From: an uncultured virus (IMG/VR IMGVR_UViG_3300005099_000288)
Taxonomy: Duplodnaviria; Heunggongvirae; Uroviricota; Caudoviricetes
IMG/VR virus record: IMGVR_UViG_3300005099_000288
Reading direction: 5' to 3' (one strand)
Length of the DNA: 64,000 nucleotides
A program made the translations under genes and the position numbers. The notes beneath the pieces are model-generated. The model saw nothing but the letters and a program-made list of their open reading frames with translations, searched no databases and was not told the origin of the DNA. Numbering within the stretch: position 1 is the stretch's first letter; every line of letters starts with the position of its first letter. Shown one piece after another: positions 28,550-38,011 of the stretch.

Positions 28550-29029
28550 TTAAATGAATCCCATCTCTTTTTCGAGTTCAGCTGCAGATTTCTGAACAGC
28601 TGCTTTTGGAGTTACTTCGACTCTTTGTACAGACACTGGTGATTTCTTAGGTGCCTTTGATAATTCAGCCTTCAATTTTGCATTTTCTGCTCTTAGAGCA
28701 TCAATCATTTTTCTCAATTTCTCAACATCAGCTGAAGGTACTTCAAGTTCCTCTTTTAGAACTAGTCCTTCACTGCCCATTATTGCCTCAGCGAAATTCT
28801 CTGCACCGAAAGCTACTAGGAAATATCTTAGAGCCTCTGGCATCTGAGTGAGTCTTGTTTCGGATTTCAACAGACCGATACCACCTGTAGCCACTCCAAG
28901 CCCAAGTCTTATGTAACTCCTTTTCTCTGGATCTGCCTCTGCAGCTTTTATTCCATATTTGTCTACTATTTTCGCTACCAATGGTGCAACTAACACTCCT
29001 GCCAGTTTTTTCTTCTCTTCCCCATACAT
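28550..29029 (-). CDS. membrane/coiled-coil structural protein
   Basis: Gly/Ala hydrophobic helices followed by a heptad segment; own TATA promoter and GGAGG RBS. Confidence 0.55.
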   Translation of the reverse strand: MYGEEKKKLAGVLVAPLVAKIVDKYGIKAAEADPEKRSYIRLGLGVATGGIGLLKSETRLTQMPEALRYFLVAFGAENFAEAIMGSEGLVLKEELEVPSADVEKLRKMIDALRAENAKLKAELSKAPKKSPVSVQRVEVTPKAAVQKSAAELEKEMGFI

Positions 29030-29081
29030 GGTTATTCCTCCTGAGTAGAGAATTTGACAATTTCCATATATAAAACTTTCC

Positions 29082-29564
29082 CTATTTCAAGGTCAAAAGA
29101 CTCCTGGAATGACTAACAAACTCCTCATTGAAAAAAACAAGATCTACAACTTTTTCTGTAGGGAATTCTCCAAACTTAAGATGAGGATCAGTAGTCTCGA
29201 GCTTTATCAATTCTCCGTTCAATAACAACTCCACATAAGCGTGAAACGACCTCCTGTTAGGCAAATAACACGCAACAACCCAAGAATCATACCCAGAAGC
29301 TCTCAAAAGAGAACATAATAACAAAGATTTGCAAATACAATTCATAGATTTCCCAGACTTTATCGATTGCGAAGGCTTAAGCCACCCCTCTCTCAAACAT
29401 GTTTCTTGAGTACAACACCAAACTGAATAAGGAATATCCCTAACATATTCATAAAATGCAACTGGATCATAATTTAAAGCTTCTGCAAGTCTCTTAACCT
29501 CAGGATCATCTGGTGTGACGAATTCTTTAACTTTTTCAAGTGGATAGTGATCTAAATATATCAT
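29082..29564 (-). CDS. transglutaminase-like cysteine protease
   Basis: NCICKSLLLCSLLRASG...HAYVE...LETT gives a Cys-His-acid triad. Confidence 0.75.
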   Translation of the reverse strand: MIYLDHYPLEKVKEFVTPDDPEVKRLAEALNYDPVAFYEYVRDIPYSVWCCTQETCLREGWLKPSQSIKSGKSMNCICKSLLLCSLLRASGYDSWVVACYLPNRRSFHAYVELLLNGELIKLETTDPHLKFGEFPTEKVVDLVFFNEEFVSHSRSLLTLK

Positions 29565-30226
29565 AAGGCACTCACCATCCTAACAATCAGTGATCCAATA
29601 GAACCCAGAATTCCTAATCCTATAATTTCTCTGTATCCTTCCAAATCTGTATACACATAAAGACCAGGAATTCTTACAGCATCCACGTATTTTTTTATTA
29701 CAAAATCATCACAACCAAAACCTGTACATCTGTCAAATGAAACTCTAGATAACAAATCCAAAATATATTTACTACGATAAGACGTACACATTGCAGGACA
29801 GTGTGGTCTTAGATCTGCAAGTTTTTTCCATACATTCACAGCAATATTAGCATTCAGAGGTTTTCTCTCTGCACAAATTGCATTTATGTCAGGATTTGCA
29901 TCAAAAATGTCTCTTATAACACCAAAATAATCAAGAGTAACAATACAATCTGCATCTAAATTACAAATTACATCTCCTTTTGACCTATAAATACCGAGTT
30001 CTCTGTTAAGACCAATACTTTGGACATTTGAAACCAAAACCTTGCACCCAAATTCTTCTGCAATTTCTACGGTATTATCGGTCGATCCACTATCGACAAT
30101 TATTACTTCATAATCATCTCCTGAATTTTCCAAAGATTCAAATACCGTACCTAAACACCACTTAAAAATTCTATCTGCTTCGTTATATGTTGGAATGACA
30201 ACACTGAGCATTATTAACCCCCGCAT
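29561..30226 (-). CDS. GT2 glycosyltransferase with C-terminal TM
   Basis: SVVIPTYNE, IIVDSGSTDNT, LDADC. Confidence 0.9.
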   Translation of the reverse strand: MRGLIMLSVVIPTYNEADRIFKWCLGTVFESLENSGDDYEVIIVDSGSTDNTVEIAEEFGCKVLVSNVQSIGLNRELGIYRSKGDVICNLDADCIVTLDYFGVIRDIFDANPDINAICAERKPLNANIAVNVWKKLADLRPHCPAMCTSYRSKYILDLLSRVSFDRCTGFGCDDFVIKKYVDAVRIPGLYVYTDLEGYREIIGLGILGSIGSLIVRMVSAL

Positions 30227-30229
30227 GTA

Positions 30230-31132
30230 CTATTCTAGGAGTGCCTTTGGAAGTTCTTTCGGAATCTCAGAAAGACCCTTAATCCAGCGATACATTAGAA
30301 AAATCCCAAATCCTACTGCAGAAATCACGAGCCCAGTCCTCAAATACTCAGCGCTCTTCGAAGGAATAATGTTCAATTTCAAAGAATTTGAGTGAATGTC
30401 AAATGCATGGGATCTATTACACTTTGCGCTAACAACGGTTTTTCCACCGAGTATTAGATAGGTCGGCAGGGGTCTAGCTAGAATATCTGCAGGAACCGTA
30501 TTAGAACCTTCCACTAACGATGCAACTTCTTCATCTCCTAACCATGTTTTCTTGATTAGTTGTATACCACGATCACAGGTGATATCAGGAGCTTTTTCCA
30601 CGAAGAATTCGATATTTTCATCTGCATAATATTTTGTTTTGTCAGAAGATAAATTTAAGCCCGAAACGTATATAAGTTTTATTGCCTTACGAAACTCTTT
30701 ACCTGTATAATTACCAGTTGAATCTCTAGCCCATACCCTAGCATGCCAATATGTATAATCTGGCAAACAGTCATTACCTGTCGTTTCCCAACGACCATGC
30801 CAGGTACCAGATTGTCCAGGGTATAACAAACTCTCTGTGTGTTCCCACATCCCAGTACAATGTACTCCTTCTTGTATACAATCAGGTAAAATATATTCAT
30901 CCCAATAATCTTCTGGATCACAACTTAACTTTACACATGGAGGTTTGTTTGTCTTAACTCCTCTTTCAGTATACAATTGAACATAAGGGGTAATACTAAG
31001 AGTCTCACTAGAATTATTCGTTATCGTTAATGTATATGTTGCAACTCTTCCTACCCTAATTTCTTTCTCGTCAAAACTGAAATCTACGGAAACCTCATCT
31101 ATCGCAGACAACAATGAATACTGCTGCATCAT
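30230..31132 (-). CDS. membrane-anchored beta-rich surface protein
   Basis: Ig-like strands (YTLTITNNS, LYPGQS), Cys pairs, C-terminal TM. Confidence 0.6.
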   Translation of the reverse strand: MMQQYSLLSAIDEVSVDFSFDEKEIRVGRVATYTLTITNNSSETLSITPYVQLYTERGVKTNKPPCVKLSCDPEDYWDEYILPDCIQEGVHCTGMWEHTESLLYPGQSGTWHGRWETTGNDCLPDYTYWHARVWARDSTGNYTGKEFRKAIKLIYVSGLNLSSDKTKYYADENIEFFVEKAPDITCDRGIQLIKKTWLGDEEVASLVEGSNTVPADILARPLPTYLILGGKTVVSAKCNRSHAFDIHSNSLKLNIIPSKSAEYLRTGLVISAVGFGIFLMYRWIKGLSEIPKELPKALLE

Positions 31133-31135
31133 TCT

Positions 31136-31681
31136 TCACCTCAATATTATTCCGACAAGAGTTCCCATAACTATTGAAGTTACAATTGTCCTAAATTGAG
31201 GTTCTCTCCACTTAGAAAGATCTTCTGGCAAAGTACCTGCTATATACGATCCCAATATCGGTAGTCCTATCGACACTAGCAAAACCGATCCTAGAGACCT
31301 CTTACTCTCTTCTTCTGTCTCCTGTTTTGGATCTATTACGAATTTAGCTTTACTGAGTAATTTTACAATATCTGAGCCAAAACTCCCAAAATCTGCATCC
31401 AAATCAACAATATCCCAGGATTTATTCTCGAGATTGTATACTTCCACCCATGCTCTATCTCCTTTTCTGGCAACTGCTGCTAAATATGGCAGACCTCTCT
31501 GAGCCATTGCATTTACAACTGCTGCATATACATATGGTTCCGACCCAACAGAAGATTTCACAAGTTCAAAAGCAGTTTTTAAAGGATCTGATGAATTCAA
31601 TGCTTTCTCTGCAAGTTCCTGAACTCCAGGATCATCCTTTGACAAAACCCACATTTGTTTTATTTTCATAGAACTCACCAT
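31136..31681 (-). CDS. membrane protein, possibly degenerate transglutaminase fold
   Basis: DDPGVQELA...RAWVEV...IVD resembles 29082..29564 without the catalytic Cys/His; two C-terminal TMs. Confidence 0.5.
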   Translation of the reverse strand: MVSSMKIKQMWVLSKDDPGVQELAEKALNSSDPLKTAFELVKSSVGSEPYVYAAVVNAMAQRGLPYLAAVARKGDRAWVEVYNLENKSWDIVDLDADFGSFGSDIVKLLSKAKFVIDPKQETEEESKRSLGSVLLVSIGLPILGSYIAGTLPEDLSKWREPQFRTIVTSIVMGTLVGIILR

Positions 31682-31746
31682 TTAAAAATTTGCAATACTA
31701 CTATTTAAAAATTTTTCCTTGTAACTTTAGAACTTTAACTAACACC

Positions 31747-31923
31747 TTAACTTTTCTTAATCCAATTCCAGGCAGTAGAATTAACCTTGTAAAAATCAAC
31801 CAATTTTTTAACCAAACCAACATTTGTCTTAAGATTCATAGTATCTCGTATCTCAACAAATTCTCTAGCCAGATCTCCTCTCAATTTCACTGAAACCTCC
31901 ATATTATCACTTTTATCTACCAT
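31747..31923 (-). CDS. 58-aa RHH-like protein (not in ORF track)
   Basis: VSVKLRGDLAREFVEIR...TNVGLVKKLVDFY. Confidence 0.4.
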   Translation of the reverse strand: MVDKSDNMEVSVKLRGDLAREFVEIRDTMNLKTNVGLVKKLVDFYKVNSTAWNWIKKS

Positions 31924-31953
31924 AACACTTTTGATCTATTGTCCGTAACTCCT

Positions 31954-32655
31954 TTAAAAATTTTCCTCTCTCCTAATTCGATCATATAATTTAGAAAAAG
32001 TCCCCTCTTCGACACACTTATACACGAAATTCCAAGTAAAACCCCTATTATGATCAGAATTTCTAAAATACACTACACGATCTACATACCTTACACTGTA
32101 TTTTTGCAACAACTTTACAATTATACGCTGATCTAAATAAGGACCAGGACAAACAGATTTGTGAATACCTCTCAAAAATTTAACTCTCCACACACCGCCA
32201 CCAATATACCAATTAGCGTCTTCCGGATTTACTATAATTTTAGGGTTTATAACCGAAACACGATCTCTCCCAGGTTTCCTCACTATTGAATTTCCGTAAA
32301 CCAAAAAATCCTTATGTAGTGGAATCCCCTCTTCAATTATCTCTGCAGTGTCTCCGATTAAAAAATCTGTGTCTCTACAAAAACGTATCCACTCCGTATG
32401 AGAAAGGTCAACAATGTCACCATAACCAAGTTCTTCTTCGAAAAAATTTTTAGAAGGAACTAAATAGAATGTCGAAACTTCAGAAATTTTTTCGAGAGGC
32501 TTAATGATTTCTCTAAATTTTTTAGCTAAATCTCCTGAGATTCTCCTGCTAATTCCGAATATAAATCTCTCAGGTGTCTGCAACTTCAAATACTCTACAC
32601 AACGCTCAAATAACGCATCCACTCTCGAAACCAATACACCAATACTAAAATTCAT
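31954..32655 (-). CDS. GT-A fold glycosyltransferase-like protein
   Basis: N-terminal strand FSIGVLV; DTD (DxD) motif; located in the glycosylation cluster. Confidence 0.5.
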   Translation of the reverse strand: MNFSIGVLVSRVDALFERCVEYLKLQTPERFIFGISRRISGDLAKKFREIIKPLEKISEVSTFYLVPSKNFFEEELGYGDIVDLSHTEWIRFCRDTDFLIGDTAEIIEEGIPLHKDFLVYGNSIVRKPGRDRVSVINPKIIVNPEDANWYIGGGVWRVKFLRGIHKSVCPGPYLDQRIIVKLLQKYSVRYVDRVVYFRNSDHNRGFTWNFVYKCVEEGTFSKLYDRIRREENF

Positions 32656-33607
32656 CTGAAATCTCCTCCAAACACTTTGAAATTATCTTCTTAATATTAG
32701 AGCGATCAAAGAATTTTCCTCTTGAATCACACGTATTTCTAGATTTAGACAAAATACTACTCCAATCTATATCATCCAATGTCCAGAAATATACTCCGCA
32801 ATCCCCAACTTCCTCTTTCGACGCTTCAGTCATTCTAACTACTGGGATACATCCAGCATTCATTGCCTGTGCTAAATATACACTAAAACCTTCTTCTCTG
32901 AAAAAATCTAAATATGCTCTTGATTTTCCCATCACTTCAGCTAATTCTTCAGGTGCAAGATTATAAAAACACCTTACTCCATAATTATAAGATAACTCTT
33001 CTAAAATCTCTCTGTGTCTATCCTCTTTTACAGTAGAAACCACAGCACCAACAATTTTATTTTTATAACACATTTTAGCAAAGTCCCTAAATCTTGGAAA
33101 ATCTTCAAATCTCCCACAAACTACCACATCCATAGAACGTTCATGGGATTTCTTGGTCCTAAACATACTGTAATTATACGGAGGATAAACAACCTTTGCT
33201 TTAAAAAGATCTGCAGGATCTAAGCGTTTCTTCCTAGCCTCAGAATCACACCAATAAAAGACATCCCCACTGCCATATATCGCAGATCCATAAAACCAAT
33301 ATACTAAAACAGGGACCTTAACTTGAAACACAAAAATCGGATGCGGAACCATCAACAAATCATACATATAAACTGGAGGAATACTACCAGAACCTATATT
33401 GTGGTAAAATTTCAGATCCTTCCATTCTAAACACTCAACAGAGTGGAATCTAAACAGATCCCTCTTCAGTTTAATTTCACACCTCTTAAATTCTGTTACG
33501 ATCTTCACGTGATACCCCAGTTCTTTAAAACAATCTGCAAACTGTACCATAATACCATCTAAACCTGTAAATTTAGATATATCCTCGACCAATACTCCAA
33601 TATTCAA
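32645..33607 (-). CDS. GT4-family glycosyltransferase
   Basis: EEGFSVYLAQAMNAGCIPV. Confidence 0.75.
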   Translation of the reverse strand: MNIGVLVEDISKFTGLDGIMVQFADCFKELGYHVKIVTEFKRCEIKLKRDLFRFHSVECLEWKDLKFYHNIGSGSIPPVYMYDLLMVPHPIFVFQVKVPVLVYWFYGSAIYGSGDVFYWCDSEARKKRLDPADLFKAKVVYPPYNYSMFRTKKSHERSMDVVVCGRFEDFPRFRDFAKMCYKNKIVGAVVSTVKEDRHREILEELSYNYGVRCFYNLAPEELAEVMGKSRAYLDFFREEGFSVYLAQAMNAGCIPVVRMTEASKEEVGDCGVYFWTLDDIDWSSILSKSRNTCDSRGKFFDRSNIKKIISKCLEEISDEF

Positions 33608-34638
33608 AGTATCATCTCCGAATATAATTTTTTGATAAGCTCAGCTCGTTCTTTCCAAGAAAACCAACGTTCTGCAAAATTTTTCGCTTCAGTCCCTATT
33701 ACGCTTCGTTCTCCTGGACTTTCATATAAAAATTTTAAAAGACCTGCCAAATCCACCTCATTTGAAGTTTTTAGATAATGAAACCCCCTATGATAGAACG
33801 ATTCTATTTTCCTATATATTTCTTCTATTGGCTCTAGCGAAAATACTAATTCTCTAACTTTATCCAAATCTCGATAATCTACAGTCTGTAAAAATCCCAA
33901 ATCCCTTACTATTGAGGGAATACCGAAAGCTGCAGCTTCCATCATAGTATTTAAAAAAACTTCTGCTGCAGAGAATGATACAACGACGTCCGAAATTGAA
34001 TAAAATTGTCTCATCCTATCATAAGGGACAGGTGTCATAAAACTAATATTTCTATATCCCAGAAACTTCCAAACCCCCTTAAAATCATCAACTACCACAA
34101 TTATACGAACACCTTTTGGTACCTTTTCTAAAAACTTGACCAAACCGTACATTGTAGTATCAGGATCTTTCCACAACGAAGTCCCTTGAGGATACAAAAT
34201 TGTAAAAACACCATCATCTTCTTTTTTCCTATCTGCAATTTCAACTCCGTTAGGAACCAAAAAAACTCTAGAGAAGTCCCAATTTGGGTTATTTGCATAC
34301 AAAATATAATACAAAGAAGGATCTACAACAATTACAGGTCCCTTCTCCGTAACTTTCTCAAGATTGAACCAAACATAACCTGAAGGATGTAAATAACCTG
34401 GAACATAATCTTCAATCTGAAAAATAATCGGTGTTTCTGAGTCGTACTCTGCCAATTCCAAACATGGGGTTATAATAAAATCAACTCCTTCAAAATGTTC
34501 TTTCTTTAAATTTCTTCTATAAACTAGATCTACTTCGCATCCTAATTCCCTAAATCCAGATATACACCCAACTAAAGAATACTCTTCATTGAAGTTTATA
34601 TCGTCCCACCAAATAAGTCTAACCTTCATTACTATCAC
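33604..34638 (-). CDS. GT4-family glycosyltransferase
   Basis: VPNGVE, S-AEVFLNTMMEAAAFGIP, FSWKE. Confidence 0.8.
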   Translation of the reverse strand: MIVMKVRLIWWDDINFNEEYSLVGCISGFRELGCEVDLVYRRNLKKEHFEGVDFIITPCLELAEYDSETPIIFQIEDYVPGYLHPSGYVWFNLEKVTEKGPVIVVDPSLYYILYANNPNWDFSRVFLVPNGVEIADRKKEDDGVFTILYPQGTSLWKDPDTTMYGLVKFLEKVPKGVRIIVVVDDFKGVWKFLGYRNISFMTPVPYDRMRQFYSISDVVVSFSAAEVFLNTMMEAAAFGIPSIVRDLGFLQTVDYRDLDKVRELVFSLEPIEEIYRKIESFYHRGFHYLKTSNEVDLAGLLKFLYESPGERSVIGTEAKNFAERWFSWKERAELIKKLYSEMIL

Positions 34639-35533
34639 CCACTAATTCCAGATACTTTTTAGAAATTTCATAAACATCAAATTTTTCGATCTCATCCCTA
34701 GATTCCTCAGCAACTTTCCTATAGTGATCATAATCCTTAAAAAGTCTTTCCAGAATTCCAAAACCCGTAACCTCTACTACTGGAACTCCCAATGCCATCG
34801 CTTCTAATTCAAAAATCGGACACCACCCCCTATACAAACTCAGCATTCCCTTCGATGTTGCAATTTTATACAAAAAATCCATATGATTACCGTAAATAGA
34901 TGAAATATTCATGTCTAACAACCGAGCAATTTCTCCTAATTCCCTACGAGTATAAACAATTAATTCTGTAGAAGGATCCAATCTCTTGACTGAAACAAAG
35001 ATATCTCCAAGAACTTTCCGACAAGCACCTCCTACAACAATAAAGGTATTTCCCCTCGGAAATACCCTAACAGATCTCAATTTAGTGTAATCTATTGCAG
35101 GAGGTACTATAATTACTTTCTTTAACTTAAAAACCTTCCTTAAGCAATCTGCACTTTTTTTATCCAAAGCAATTACTGCATCAGATTTTTTCATTACCAA
35201 CAATCTCTCTCCAAAACCTCTCGAACCAACTGGATTTTCAGAAACAATATAAAAAACTTTTACAATCCTACGCAAGTTCTCGAGTTCTCTAACTAATGCA
35301 TTAGAAGTCGAAAAAATGAAAAGTCCTCTTAAATTCAAGGACTCTACTAATTCAACAAAACTCTGAGACGGAAAATAAACCTCGCAATTTCCGATCTTAG
35401 ACTTAATATTTCTGGTAGACACGTCCGTCCTTATCAAATCACTGTGAATTAGGGGGGTCTCTAAATACTGAGCTATAACATTTGCTAAATAAAAAGTTCG
35501 GCTACCTACACTGTTTAAATCTACGACAATCAA
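34619..35533 (-). CDS. GT4-like glycosyltransferase
   Basis: IVPPAID, LEAMALGVPVV. Confidence 0.65.
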   Translation of the reverse strand: MIVVDLNSVGSRTFYLANVIAQYLETPLIHSDLIRTDVSTRNIKSKIGNCEVYFPSQSFVELVESLNLRGLFIFSTSNALVRELENLRRIVKVFYIVSENPVGSRGFGERLLVMKKSDAVIALDKKSADCLRKVFKLKKVIIVPPAIDYTKLRSVRVFPRGNTFIVVGGACRKVLGDIFVSVKRLDPSTELIVYTRRELGEIARLLDMNISSIYGNHMDFLYKIATSKGMLSLYRGWCPIFELEAMALGVPVVEVTGFGILERLFKDYDHYRKVAEESRDEIEKFDVYEISKKYLELVGDSNEG

Positions 35534-35538
35534 TCATT

Positions 35539-36564
35539 TTACACCCCCAATGAGTTGACTATTTTCTTAATATCTTCCTTTATGTGTTTCTCTATGGGTT
35601 TAGGTTCTCCTAATAATTCGAAGAATTTTCTATTATCAAATCTGTAAAAATCCGTCTCTGGTTCTATCCTCGGGTTCTTAATATGAACAATTTTTGGTTC
35701 TTTATCTGTAAACTTCGACACAAATTCTACAATTCTATTAGCAACATCTATTATTCTGGCTTGATATGTCAGCTGATTATATACCCTGAAATCTTTGCCC
35801 TCCAACAAAATTGCCTTAATTACCGATTCTGCGAAATCCTCTAAACTGATAAATGGTTTAAACTGCTTCCCAGATCCATAGATTGTGAGCGGTTTGTCTG
35901 TTAACGCAAAATATACCATTCTATTGTAAAATGTTCCAAAATACGGATCTATATCAAACCTGGTTTCTGGATCAAATCCGAAAACTATACTAGTCCTAAG
36001 ATCAATGAAATCATCCAGCCATCCCTTACGATAGAACAAATAACAATTTTCTACATCGAACCCCTTACTTAAATGATACACAGATCCTGCTAGGTTAGGG
36101 TGCATCACTCCGTCTTCATAAAATCCCTCTGGGATTACATTTCCTTTAGCTCCTATTCCATATATACCAGTCGTACTTGTATAAATCAATCTCGGTTTTT
36201 CAGACATTTTTCGTATATACCACAGAATTCTCAGAGTAGACATTAGGTTGTTAGTCAGAGTAAAATTCGCTCTATCCAGAGTAGACTCCGAATAAGGCGC
36301 AGACGGCTGAGCTGCTAAATGAACTATTACGTCAGGTTTAACATCCCATAAAAAGTCCGAAAAATGATCTGAAGTTATGTCCATTGCTACACACGAGGAC
36401 CTCCACGGTGGTTCATGTAATGGGGTTCCTCCAACCTCTTCTACCCAATCTCTCCTATATCCTGAATCTATTTCTATTACTTCATCGAATAGATTTTTAT
36501 CTTCCAAAACTTTAGACAAATAACGCCCTGTATAGCCATCTGCTCCAGTTATCAAAACCTTCAT
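35539..36564 (-). CDS. sqdB: UDP-sulfoquinovose synthase (SQD1/SqdB/Agl3-like)
   Basis: GADGYTG, QPSAPYS, YHLSK, RFDID-YFGT--NR, PLTIYGSGKQ, FRVYNQ and NPRIE are diagnostic SQD1 motifs. Confidence 0.85.
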   Translation of the reverse strand: MKVLITGADGYTGRYLSKVLEDKNLFDEVIEIDSGYRRDWVEEVGGTPLHEPPWRSSCVAMDITSDHFSDFLWDVKPDVIVHLAAQPSAPYSESTLDRANFTLTNNLMSTLRILWYIRKMSEKPRLIYTSTTGIYGIGAKGNVIPEGFYEDGVMHPNLAGSVYHLSKGFDVENCYLFYRKGWLDDFIDLRTSIVFGFDPETRFDIDPYFGTFYNRMVYFALTDKPLTIYGSGKQFKPFISLEDFAESVIKAILLEGKDFRVYNQLTYQARIIDVANRIVEFVSKFTDKEPKIVHIKNPRIEPETDFYRFDNRKFFELLGEPKPIEKHIKEDIKKIVNSLGV

Positions 36565-37457
36565 TTTTCATCTCTCTCCTTCAAAGATTTATATATCTCC
36601 ATAGTTGCAGAAATCCCCTCTTCTAAGTTCACTTTAGGGATAAACTTGTAAAATGCCTTGATCCTAGAAATATCTGCATAGATACCTTCTATTTCTCCTG
36701 GCTCTGGTGACACATATTTTACGCCATACTTATTTTCGAATATCTTTGCAAGATCTACTATTTTTGTAGGAACTCCTGTTCCAACGTTATACAATCCAGG
36801 AACTGGATCTTCTATAACTTTGGAATTTAGATCCACTACATCACTTATGTAAATGTAATCTCTTACAGCATTGGGGTTTCTAATAGGTAATGGCTTACCT
36901 TCTACTGTACATCTAGTAAAAATCCCTATAACGTTGTCCCATTTCAATGGACCGTAAATATTAAACCATCTGAAAATAACATAAAGTAGCTTATATTTCT
37001 TCGCATAACGCCTAATGTACTCTTCTGCTGTGAGTTTACTGAAACCGTAGAAAGAAGTAGGACACGGTACCATAGTCTCCTTTGCTTTCCAGTTTACCAC
37101 TTCTCCGTAAATAGCAGAGGTCGAAGCAAAAACTATTCCTTTAACCTTTTTCCTTACCATATAATTAAGAACATTCAATGTCCCAACTACGTTTTGTATA
37201 AAATCGTACATTGGATCCTTCATAGAATCTATTACTTTTGTCTGACCTGCCAAATGTATAACCCAATCCACAGATGGAACGTCTCTGAAGGTTCTGGCAC
37301 TTGTAACATCTCCTTCTATAAAAGTAGCCCCTGCTATACGATCTACTTTGTTCGTTGCCTTATTGTCAACTATATAAACATCATAACCCTGGTCAACTAA
37401 TTTAATAGCAGTATGAAACCCTATGAATCCAAGGCCTCCTGTAATAAGTACTTTCAT
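36561..37457 (-). CDS. NAD-dependent epimerase/dehydratase (GalE-like)
   Basis: TGGLGFIG, STSAIYG, YGFSK, FNIYGP. Confidence 0.9.
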   Translation of the reverse strand: MKVLITGGLGFIGFHTAIKLVDQGYDVYIVDNKATNKVDRIAGATFIEGDVTSARTFRDVPSVDWVIHLAGQTKVIDSMKDPMYDFIQNVVGTLNVLNYMVRKKVKGIVFASTSAIYGEVVNWKAKETMVPCPTSFYGFSKLTAEEYIRRYAKKYKLLYVIFRWFNIYGPLKWDNVIGIFTRCTVEGKPLPIRNPNAVRDYIYISDVVDLNSKVIEDPVPGLYNVGTGVPTKIVDLAKIFENKYGVKYVSPEPGEIEGIYADISRIKAFYKFIPKVNLEEGISATMEIYKSLKERDEK

Positions 37458-38011
37458 TGTCTCAGCTCCACGTAAATCCCGACAATCCCTTGTTTTTCAA
37501 AATCTGCTAGAATCTTCTGGATCATTTCAGGATTTACTCCATATATCTGGGCCACTTCAACTAAGTCCTTCAAGCGTATTTTCGGTTTTGTCTGCAAAAT
37601 TTCAAGAAGATGCTGCCGCTCTTTATACACAAATTCCCTCAACACCCAATATGTCTCCTTGCACACTTTATTTAAATATTTCGCGGTCTCTTCTGAATCG
37701 AGAATACCACTTTTCTTAATTTCTTCGTTCTTTTCGAGTTCCTCTCTTATATGCGAAGGATCCGTCAAATAATATTCCACTGTCTGCCAATTGGCCGCTA
37801 GAATTTCCCTGACTCTCTCTTCAACCAACGGAAACTTCATGTAATCATGTTCTAAGAATTCTACAAAGGGATTTTTTCCTGTTTTAACATACTCCTTTAT
37901 CCTCTGAACATCCAACTTTTTTATCCCTTCTGAAATCCAAAACCTAGGATCTTCCTGAGACATTAACAATTTTAAAAACTTCTTAACTCCTTCAAGGCTC
38001 AATAAACTCAC
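37454..38011 (-). CDS. hypothetical alpha-helical protein (C-terminal wHTH-like)
   Basis: 185-aa ORF coupled to 38008..39696. Confidence 0.6.
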   Translation of the reverse strand: MSLLSLEGVKKFLKLLMSQEDPRFWISEGIKKLDVQRIKEYVKTGKNPFVEFLEHDYMKFPLVEERVREILAANWQTVEYYLTDPSHIREELEKNEEIKKSGILDSEETAKYLNKVCKETYWVLREFVYKERQHLLEILQTKPKIRLKDLVEVAQIYGVNPEMIQKILADFEKQGIVGIYVELRQ

